A stretch of DNA of 64,000 nucleotides from Octopus sinensis (Eukaryota): positions 44,144,001 to 44,208,000 of the forward strand of contig NC_043004.1 in NCBI RefSeq assembly GCF_006345805.1. The letters run 5' to 3'. Every line of letters begins with the position of its first letter. The first letter of the stretch is position 1. The position numbers and the translations under genes were made by a program. Below, piece by piece: positions 54,039 to 64,000 of the stretch. The notes beneath the pieces are model-generated. The model searched no databases. It saw only the letters and a program-made list of their open reading frames with translations, and was not told the DNA's origin.

Positions 54039-56157
54039 GCACATGCGCAATTAGTCAGTTGCTTCCTGTTCAGCCAGAGTGGACGCGAGTCAATCAGCTC
54101 CGTCCAATTAAAGAAAAAAGACCAAAAACGGAAAGTTGTCGAGGTAAGTGATTTTGTTTATTGTGAGTTGGGCATAATTTATTGAGTGCCAATTATTATT
54201 TCAGTAAGTTGTGTCCAACTCTGAGACAATTTCGCCTGCTCTCGGCGGCTGCCGTTTTTGTGTTCATTGAAAAAACAATGGAGGGGCGTATCCTCAGAAT
54301 TCAATACAGTTACTGTTAAAATTACCGTTGGCGGTAGCCAGTGCTGTGTTTGGGTTTGTTGAATTTATTCCCTTGTCAGAGTACTTCGCAAGAAAATTAT
54401 AAAAATAAGCCACTATTGGATTACCTTTCGGACCCATTTTTGTGGAGGTTGTGTTGCAGTTGCGGCGTTCCAGGTTCAACCCAGGCCGGGAGTACCGCAA
54501 GGCCAGAATATTTTTGCTGTGTTTTTTCTGTTTATTAACTTTCTTTTGAACTTCATTTAACCCCCCTTTTGTTTTGTTTTTTTATTGCGACTTTCCGTTA
54601 ATTTCTTCCCTTCTGTTGTGCTTTCTCCTTTTTGTTTTTTCAAAAATCTATCAAATTTTATTTGGACTTTTGAACTTTTTTCTTCCTGCTTTTGAGTTTA
54701 ATTTGAATATATTTAAAAAAAAACATGGCAATGAAAAATAACAAAATTTTGGAGTGGGAAATCATACCACCTAAAAAGTGGTTAAAAGACCGTGAAGATA
54801 GGACGGTGGTGTTGAGAACCTACTCCAAGGCACTTGACACCATCGCCCTATTCGAAAAGACGGCAATTGAAAAGGAGTTGGAAGAGTATTTGCCAACAAT
54901 TAAATTCATTTCCAGGGGTGTCAAATATGCAACGGTGTGGTTGCTATTTGACACCCCTGAAGAGGCTTGCAAATTTGCTAGCAAACCCCTGGAGGGTAAG
55001 GAAATCTTATTCCTGCCCACGTACAAAAAAAAGAAATTGATGAAAGCTTGGATTTGCGGACTGCCACCCGACATAGAACCCGAGTGGATAGAGGAGACTA
55101 TCCGCCGGGGTCTGGGTGACAGCGAAACTACGCTCCTCAATGTAAAAGTTCTTCCTGCGGCTGCTTGGGTTGGGTCAAAAGCAATTTTGACCCTGTGGAC
55201 CCAATCAGCCAATCTAGTTCTTCCAGATTTTTTGAAAATGGCCTGGTGCAGGTACCCGGTGATGCTTGAGGGTCGCCCCCCTAAGTGTCATCGGTGCTTG
55301 GAGTCCGGCCACATAAAGAAGAACTGTCCTCGGGAACAAAATAGGATCCCGGAACAGTTAAGTAAAACCCCTCTAGAAGAGGGAACGATAACGGCCGAGA
55401 AAGCAGAGGACTCCTCAAACAGAGGCCGAAAGAGGAAGGTGAGCAACAATGGGTGCTCACCAAAGGATAATAGGGATGAGGAGAGGAAGGCGAATCTTCC
55501 AGCCACGGAAGAGACGCACCCTCCCTCAGTTGAAAAGGGAAAAAAAAGAAAAAGAGGAAGAAAAACGGGACATTACCGGCTGTCAGTGTAGCACCGGAAT
55601 TGAAAAAGTGATGGAAGAGCACTACAAGGGAGCACCTTTAGCCTTCACACAGGACCCCGAATGGCCTCCGCAGGTAGCTGTGGAGGCCATGACGTTCGAC
55701 GTGACGCTTGGGCTAAAGGAGCTCAATGAAGATTATAACTTGGTCCCGGGCGACGCGAACTCGGAACTTGACTACGTTCTGAGGGAGGCGTGGTTGATGG
55801 TGGAGGGCGCGGGCAGAAGCTATTTCGAGGACGATATGTAATTATTGAACTGTTATTATTAGTAATGGACTTAAGTCCAAAAATTGAAAAATTGTAAGAG
55901 GATTAATACCTCGTTTTGTATTAATAATGGACTGCTAAGTCCAAAAATTGGAAAAATTGTAAGAGGTTTAATACCTCGTTTTGTGTTTATCTTTAAAAAG
56001 AACAATGTTTTAGAGAAGCGAAAGTTGGCGGGCGCTTTTTGTCTTCTCCCATCCTTATCATCTTTCTTTCATTATCATTCACCTCATTAATGTCCTCGTC
56101 CAGCCCGCAAAGCTAACTTAATCTGTGTACTGCCTTTATGGCAAATGTTTTGAAATA
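54039..56157 (+). mobile_element. ORF1-only (HAL1-like) non-autonomous L1/Tx1-derived retroelement
   Basis: 15-bp TSD aagtagcttgctaac at 54024-54038 and 56158-56172; single ORF1-like CDS; no APE or RT; ends in AATAA(A); ~63-bp tandem duplication in the 3' UTR. Confidence 0.8.
54725..55591 (+). CDS. L1/Tx1-type ORF1p (RRM-like region plus CCHC zinc knuckle), 288 aa; probably 371 aa to 55841 if a +1 frameshift is corrected
   Basis: CHRCLESGHIKKNC at 55286-55327, preceded by PVMLEGRPPK; RNP-like ISRGVKYATVWLLFDTPEEA; K/E-rich tail. Confidence 0.85.
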   Translation: MAMKNNKILEWEIIPPKKWLKDREDRTVVLRTYSKALDTIALFEKTAIEKELEEYLPTIKFISRGVKYATVWLLFDTPEEACKFASKPLEGKEILFLPTYKKKKLMKAWICGLPPDIEPEWIEETIRRGLGDSETTLLNVKVLPAAAWVGSKAILTLWTQSANLVLPDFLKMAWCRYPVMLEGRPPKCHRCLESGHIKKNCPREQNRIPEQLSKTPLEEGTITAEKAEDSSNRGRKRKVSNNGCSPKDNRDEERKANLPATEETHPPSVEKGKKRKRGRKTGHYRLSV

Positions 56158-56555
56158 AAGTAGCTTGCTAACCAACCACATGGTTCCGGGTTCAGTCCCA
56201 TTGCGTGGCATCTTGGGCAAGTGTCTTCTGCTATAGCCCCGGGCCGACCAATGCCTTGTGAGTGGATTCGGTAGACGGAAACTGAAAGAAGCCTGTCGTA
56301 TATATGTATATATATATATATATATATATAAGTGTGTGTGTATATGTTTGTGTGTCTGTGTTTGTCCCCCTAGCATTGCTTGACAACCGATGCTGGTGTG
56401 TTTACGTCCCCGTCACTTAGCGGTTCGGCAAAAGAGACGGATAGAATAAGTACTGGGCTTACAAAGAATAAGTCCCGGGGTCGATTTGCTCGACTAAAGG
56501 CGGTGCTCCTGCATAGCCGCAGTCAAATGATTGAAACAAGTAAAAGAGTAAAGAG

Positions 56556-56586
<31 letters not shown>

Positions 56587-56729
56587 ATTGTATACATTTT
56601 TATTGTTTTTCGCAATTTACTTAATCATTGATATTTTATTGCTATTTTAATTTTAATACTTCTATTATATGTAATTTTCGAGATGTAATTTAATTGTCCA
56701 TTTTTAATTGATAAAAGGTGCTTTTTTTC

Positions 56730-56771
<42 letters not shown>

Positions 56772-56846
56772 TGTATGAATTTTGATTTAGTATTTCTAAT
56801 TGAATTTTTTTCCATGTGTTTAGATTTTTATTCCCTCAAATAATTA

Positions 56847-56893
<47 letters not shown>

Positions 56894-57259
56894 TATATTT
56901 ACACCGCCAGTAATATACATATATTTGTGTTGGAGGAAGGGGGTATATATACCTATAAACACACACACATACACACATGCTGCCATGTATATTCATGTAT
57001 AGGCAGACAGACAGACAGAAACACATATTATACTAGATGTCCAGTTTCTGAGTACAATTTCTTGACTGTTACCAATAGAAAAGTTATTAGAGATAAGTCT
57101 CACCCGTTTGTAAAGCTGTCAGACTTCATTACAATTACGTATTCACTGACTTGGAGCAATTAGCTTGTATAGCAGCCACAACAGCAAGCTTAACGCTTAT
57201 CGTTGGCTAGTCACCAATAGGTTAATTGCTTATTTACTTACACATTCTCACATAACGAA

Positions 57260-57372
<113 letters not shown>

Positions 57373-57373
57373 G

Positions 57374-57405
<32 letters not shown>

Positions 57406-57639
57406 TATGTATATATAAATATATATATATATATACATTATAATTAAGGGTATCTAAGTGATACCAACATACTAGATATAGCAACCAAAACTTGACTCTA
57501 AAACCACATTAAATATTCATACAGCACCAGGAGAGAAGGCAAAGAGACAAAATAAACTTGGAAAAAAATAGTGGATAATTCCAGATCCCGGATCTCTGGC
57601 TCTGTATAAGAAATTCTTTGCCTTCACGGAGAAAATAAT

Positions 57640-58030
57640 TTATCTGTTATATACAACGAATCAATGTGACTCGATTAAATTCGTGGGATGTGCTCAAAGC
57701 ACATATTCATAAGAAGTAGGATCTTCTTGAAACATTTGAAAATCACATATGCAATATATAACATGGATGATTCAATTATGAAATGAAACTCTTGGCTATT
57801 TCTCGAGTGTGGCAAAACCTCTGCGCAGATTCAATCTGTGCCATATATTATTTTCAACAAAGAAAGACCTACACCATACAATGAGGCGATATTCTGGCAC
57901 GTACAAATGACGTATAGTTTGAAGAAGTTGAAGATGATTTGATAGATCTGCATCGCTCCCATACACTTTACTTAATGAGGAACTGGCGCAGTGAGAAAGC
58001 AATTAAGTGAAAGTGCAAGGTATGGGGGCT
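57640..58030 (+). mobile_element. Very old Tigger/pogo transposase C-terminal remnant
   Basis: RVWQNLCAD and FEEVEDDLIDLHRSHT/(fs)LNEELAQ resemble Tigger C-termini. Confidence 0.4.
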
Positions 58031-59746
58031 CGAATCATGCCACTTCATTTCGCTGAGGAGAAGAAAGTTGAAAGTTTGGCATTTATAGAGAAAAAGGCCA
58101 GCAGAAATTTTAGCCATTTATTAAACAGAAACCCTCCTAACGGACATTATAAGCTTAGCTGTTACGTTGTGCTGTAAGATGTTTAGACATATAAGCCGTG
58201 GTTAATGCTAAAGAGGTCAGCATCATTGCGTTGAGTATAATACATTCTATGATATTACATTATCCTTCAAAATTTTGTTTATATATTTCTTTACTACCCA
58301 CAAGGGGCTAAACACAGAGAGGACAAATAAGGACAGACAAACGGATTAAGGTCGATTACATCGACCCCAGTGCCTAACTGGTACTTAATATATCAACCCC
58401 GAAAGGATGAAAGGCAAAGTCGACCTCGGCGGAATTTGAACTCAGAACGTAACGGCAGACGAAATACCCATTTCTTTACTACCCACAAGGCTAACGTGTC
58501 TGCCAGATCGTCGCTTTATTTTGTTTATTTATGTTAACATTAGACACTGTGATTAAAAAAAAACTGTTTGGTTGTATTAGTATTCTCACCACCACCCCAC
58601 CAAAATAAATCTGTCGGAACACATCGCAATTTATGACATTGTAGCTGATGGTAAAATAGGTTTTGCTATTTACGATAAATCTTTATAGGTTTATAGGAAA
58701 TCCCTACATATTCTTTTATTCTTTTACTTGTTTCAGTCATTTGATTGCTGCCGTGCTAGAGCACAGCCTTGAAAGTTATTAGTCGAACAAATCGAAGTCC
58801 TGTGCGAATGAACCCTGAAACATGTGGTTAGGGAGCAAGCTTCTTATCACAGTTTCTCTCTCTCTCTCATACAAACATACATGCTGAGAGAAAAACTGAA
58901 AGAAAGGGGAGAAGGGGAACTTGGATATTTGAAATACAAATATATGACATATATATTTACATATACATACATTTACAAAATGATAGATTCAGTTAAGCAT
59001 TTACAAACATATTTGCCTATATATACGTACATATATATGAATAATGAGTCTTATTACATAAATTACCATGCATATTTTGTAGCTATTTAAGTGGATGCCT
59101 TTTGGTGTTTGGTATTCTGAGTTCAAATTCCACCGAGGTCGACTTTGCTTTTCATCCTTTCGGGGTTGATATATTAAGTACCAGTTAGGCACTGGGGTCG
59201 ATGTAATCGACTTAATCCGTTTGTCTGTCCTTATTTGTCCTCTCTGTGTTTAGCCCCTTGAGGGTAGTAAAGAAATATATAAACAAAATTTTCGAAGGAT
59301 AATGTAATATCATAGAATGTATTATACTCAACACAATGATGCTGACCTCTTTAGCATTAACCACGGCTTATATGTCTAAACATCTTACAGCACAACGTAA
59401 CAGCTAAGCTTATAATGTCCGTTAGGAGGGTTTCTGTTTAATAAATGGCTAAAATTTCTGCTGGCCTTTTTCTCTATAAATGCCAAACTTTCAACTTTCT
59501 TCTCCTCAGCGAAATGAAGTGGCATGATTCGAGCCCCCATACCTTGCACTTTCACTTAATTGCTTTCTCACTGCACCAGTTCCTCATTAAGGAAAGTGTA
59601 TGGGAGCGATGCAGATCTATCAAATCATCTTCAACTTCTTCAAACTATACGTCATTTGTACGTGCCAGAATATCGTTCATTGTATGGTGTAGGTCTTTCT
59701 TTGTTGAAAATAATATATGGCACAGATTGAATCTGAGCAGAGGTTT
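57815..59746. repeat. Inverted duplication: ~633-bp arms (57815-58447, 59115-59746) and a ~670-bp spacer
   Basis: Arms are reverse complements with about ten differences counted by eye; each contains most of a SINE A copy. Confidence 0.95.
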
Positions 59747-60934
59747 ATAAATTACTCGTGCTTTAAGCGATCTTTGTTTCAGTCCTAGACCTTACAACAC
59801 AAAAATCTGTAGGTTATTAGCCAACACATTCTCTGTCTAGATACATAAATGTATACACAGATAGTGTTGACCAAAAATCTATACACATTTTCGTTGTAGT
59901 TGAGAATAACACTTGTGTATTCCGTCATGACTTTGTCTTGCTTTTCATTTAAAATAACCTTATTTATGTCCAATATGCAAGTTTACAACTATATGTTTGT
60001 GTACACGCATAAATTTATATTTGTACGTGTTTATTTATGTGTGGAAGTTCATTTTTATATATATTAATATGTGCATATATATATATTGATAGGACCCTAT
60101 GCGTTCGGAGTAATTTCAAAAGTTAAATTATGAAATATTCAAGCAGAAGGGAAGGAGATAAGATATAATATCTAGAGGATGGACATTTCACTTACTGACA
60201 AACGCGTTGTTGACTATACGATTGATATAAAGTATTCCTAGAGGAAAAGAAAATTGAATAGAATTCTAGTTAATTGCTTCAGTATTTATAGTGTCGCCCT
60301 TGGGATATTGGATTTCATTCCGATCTAACTTTGTTTTATTTTTAGTACCGTTAAAGGAATGCAACTTAATTTTGTCGATATGATATCGCAACAGTACGAA
60401 AATATAAAAGCCGTGATTAATTCATGATCATCTACAGCGAATAAATATTTCCCACAATACTGTATTTCTCTCATGTAAATTATGGTGCAAGACATTCTAT
60501 TATGCATCGGCAAAAAGTCACTGCTATGTATTAGGTAAGATTAATTCAACAACTCATGACAAACACAAACTCTCAGCTCACAATCTCGTCTATATATCTA
60601 TTATATCAATGTTAAAGCTACTTTTGCTTCCTCGGAGTTTGAGCTATATACCTGTTGCAGTCAAATCCACCTGTGACTCCTTTCTCATTATTCTCTACGT
60701 ATTTGACCTCTCACAGTTATAGACAAAACACTTTTCCGAATTATTTTCAGTTAAATTAAAGCCCACTACTTACTTGCTTACCCACCAAACATTTGGCAAC
60801 AAAGCTTCGTACTGATCATTTAAAAAAACCATCAGTTTCTCACTAAGATTAAACAGAGTTAATTGCAAATCGCCCCCTCTTTTTCTTACTATATTTTAGA
60901 ATACCCACGCCCGCGCACACAAACAGGTACACCC

Positions 60935-60997
<63 letters not shown>

Positions 60998-63900
60998 ATC
61001 ATGTTTAAATAATTTTTGACGTTAGTTATGCTCTGTAGAAGCTGAGACTAATCTTCATAAAATTTACATGTGTCAAACAAAGTGGTAGACACTTCAAAAT
61101 TTGTAACTGATTTGCTCAAAGCAAGAAGATTGTTCTCTTAGGCTGGGTTATTGAATAATACATTGAAACGTGCGATAGTATGAAATTCCGTCATGGGAAG
61201 CTCATATAACTGTGACTTGAATCAATTACGAGCCACCGACAACCCCGCATATTTTTTTTTTTATTTCAGACATGTAAAGGTGCTACTGTGACAAATGAAA
61301 ACATCTCACAATGGATCAAGAGAAAGGATATCTTACAGACTGGCATCACAAAAAAGTCAATCACAAATAGGTTGTAGCTGTTGTTACACAGATGCGCTGT
61401 CTAATTCTACTTTTCCATCGTTCATATCATGCCCTCTATATGTCGGAACAGGCTAGGCTCCCAGCAACTCATCTGTTCCCTATCTTCTTAAGACTTATTA
61501 GTCTATTCAAGGTGGTGTGATAATCACAATACACAGGCCTTTCTTCTCAAAAGATCAACAATCTGTAACCTCGTGCGTGAAAATGGAAAATCTTTATCGT
61601 GAATTTCAATTTGATATTTGTAAGAAATATCAATTACAATAATGTAATAGATTCACTTCTACCTATGAGAATGTTGACCAGTTTTAGCACTTTCTATAGC
61701 AAAAATGCCCAAAGAGTGGTGGTAACTGACACAAATTATTAACTTTACATATAGTTATAACTACAAAGAACCGCTGCGAAATGGTACTAATAGGAAGAAG
61801 CTGACTCTTTAGGAAGATGCAGTTAACTCATGGGATGATTTACAGTTTCTACGCATTTGAAATATATTCTTCGAACGCAATAAGTTTTGAGTAAAAAACA
61901 GAAATTCTTAGAATATGCTGTACATATCATTTAATTATTTTACTCATATAACTATATATTTTAAATGAGTTAAGAGCCGTTACAAGATGCATAACTGACA
62001 AGTAAATATCTAATATTACTCATTGAATTTACCTGTGGTAGATGACTGATTGGTTTGTTGTTGTGTTACTGAGAAAATTCAAGGAGTTAATAGCTAGTCA
62101 TTATAATTTGTTAGAGCTGAATTGCACTCATACAGATATATGTTTATTCAAGAGGTACTGAATGTACAACAAGAGCACCATCAATATTAAAGCAGCTTTA
62201 AAATATGTGGCAGGAAGAGGACGAATGCTCTTGAATACAATCTCGATGAAACATCATAAGTTATTATACTAAGACGATTGGCCCCTGCTCTTTTTTGGCT
62301 TTGCAAGGAATCAAAAATCATCTTTTGGTTTCTGACACAAACAAACAAACAGGCACAGCACGAAGGTACATACGTATAAGGAATCAAATTGACAAATAAT
62401 CAAGAGAAATTTAGAATGAGTGTTTATTGAAGAGAAAAAGAATAAGAAAAAAACTGCCAAAATGGATTTTTATTGTGACCAAATTGTTAACAAGTACTGT
62501 AATATAAGATAATATTTATCATGAACAGTTATTTTAGATACTATCTAATAAGGACTGATGCCAAGCATTCCATATCTGTATTCCATACTTTTATGCTTAC
62601 AAAAACTCTTCGTTCAGCACTTTTATACCGCTCATTTGTCAGTCAGTATAGATTGCTTGTTCCAGACAAACTAGTTTTGAATGGGAATTTATCTCTTGGG
62701 CGAGGTCTTCACATGAAAACTATTTTTGTTTTTTGCACTGGAAGAAAAAGAAAATAAAGTCATTTTTGAACAGAAGCACAAAAACGCAAAGCTTAGAATA
62801 ATTAGAAATGGATTGTTAATGGCATCAGCATAATCGATTAAGAGTTTTCAATGGCTAGTTTTGGCACATTGAGCAGTATTGTTGTAAATTGATTCAACAT
62901 TGGTACAAGGCCAAATATTTTAATCCACCTAGTATTTCATTTACATAATTTTATCGACAGATACAGGATGTCTAACATGGCAAATTCGGCCACGGTGGGA
63001 TTTCATCTGAGAATGTAAATGGATGTCACAACATAACATTTCTGCAAGCTACAACCGTTTATGTTGAATATTAATATCAAATCAATGGAGAATTATGTCT
63101 GAGGTCAATGTATACTTCTTTAGGGGAAAAGAGAAAAGCGTAATATTCAGATGGACATTGAAACAAGGCTGTTTCTTGTTGATTTAACTCATGTTCTAAA
63201 TGTGTTAGTCACATTTCGAATATTAATAAAGTTCAAATTCCTATATAAAATTAATATGTATTAAATTGGTAATGCACCAAACGACAGAATTATGGAGTTT
63301 ATAAAGTTTAATCTACTATGATCAACAGGCAGATATCTACGATGTATTGTACCATGAAGACTAAAAACAGACGAAATCCACTTTCGCCTTCTCTGGTGAC
63401 GTCATGAAAGAACAATAACGCAATATGGTCCACTAGACGTTTATGGCATCATTTTATTTTTTTATTCTTCTTTCTTATCATTACTTCCTATAATGAGCAT
63501 CAGTTTCTTCGACCATTCATTACTCAATCATATTAAAAGAATCATATGACTAAAATAATCAAGATACAAAGACACATAGTTAAAATAGGATATATTCGTG
63601 CTTATAATATTAACTCCCAATTCTATATTCATCCAGTTCATTCGTTGGTGCAATTTGCCTGTAATAAGTATTAACAATTTGCGGTTAGAAAAGACAAGAA
63701 AATAAGAAGAATTAAATAGAAAATAGCTGATAACCTCTTCTATTACTCATTTCAAAGTGTACATACTTTCTTTGTCCATACAAAACCGGATACCAGTTCA
63801 TCGTAAAAACAAGACTGCCATGGATGTCATGTTATCATCAGAACACTTAATAAGCAAGTAAGAAGATAGTGCTTTTTTCGTGAATGGTTTAATCATCAGT

Positions 63901-64000
63901 AATTGGGTGATAGATTAATTCAGCCGATTCTTTGCAGTTTTGCTCTCTTGAACTATCGAAGGATTCCTATGCACAAGTTAAGGAAAGTTACACTCTTCTC

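Larger units (their letters stand above)
54006..56555 (+). mobile_element. SINE family B split by the 2.1-kb insertion (parts 54006-54038 and 56158-56555)
   Basis: Joining the two parts restores the intact head seen at 45172. Confidence 0.9.

Noticed and set aside
61000-63100. Possible very old CR1-type APE/RT remnant on the minus strand
   Set aside because: Only isolated weak motifs (FNING); boundaries cannot be supported.

Overview
AT-rich, repeat-dense eukaryotic intergenic or intronic DNA with one 100-N assembly gap. The tRNA-derived SINE families, LINE types and microsatellite density suggest a cephalopod, probably Octopus (inference). I found no host protein-coding gene. Most track ORFs are microsatellite artefacts, and the real coding remnants are transposons (Tx1/L1, CR1, R4/Dong, Penelope, mariner, Tigger). 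The main result is a set of hammerhead ribozymes (HHRs). A 7-unit, ~353-bp tandem array (8667-11150) carries a complete minimal type I HHR in each unit, the architecture of a non-LTR retrozyme that yields circular RNA. An old diverged array of the same family at ~45.1-46.2 kb shows compensatory base changes. A 450-bp fold-back palindrome carries an HHR on each strand, and there are several solo HHRs. Each HHR family has a different palindromic helix III. A second notable element is a ~2.1-kb ORF1-only (HAL1-like) retroelement with a 15-bp TSD, inserted into a SINE head. All structures were folded by eye; activity is predicted, not shown.
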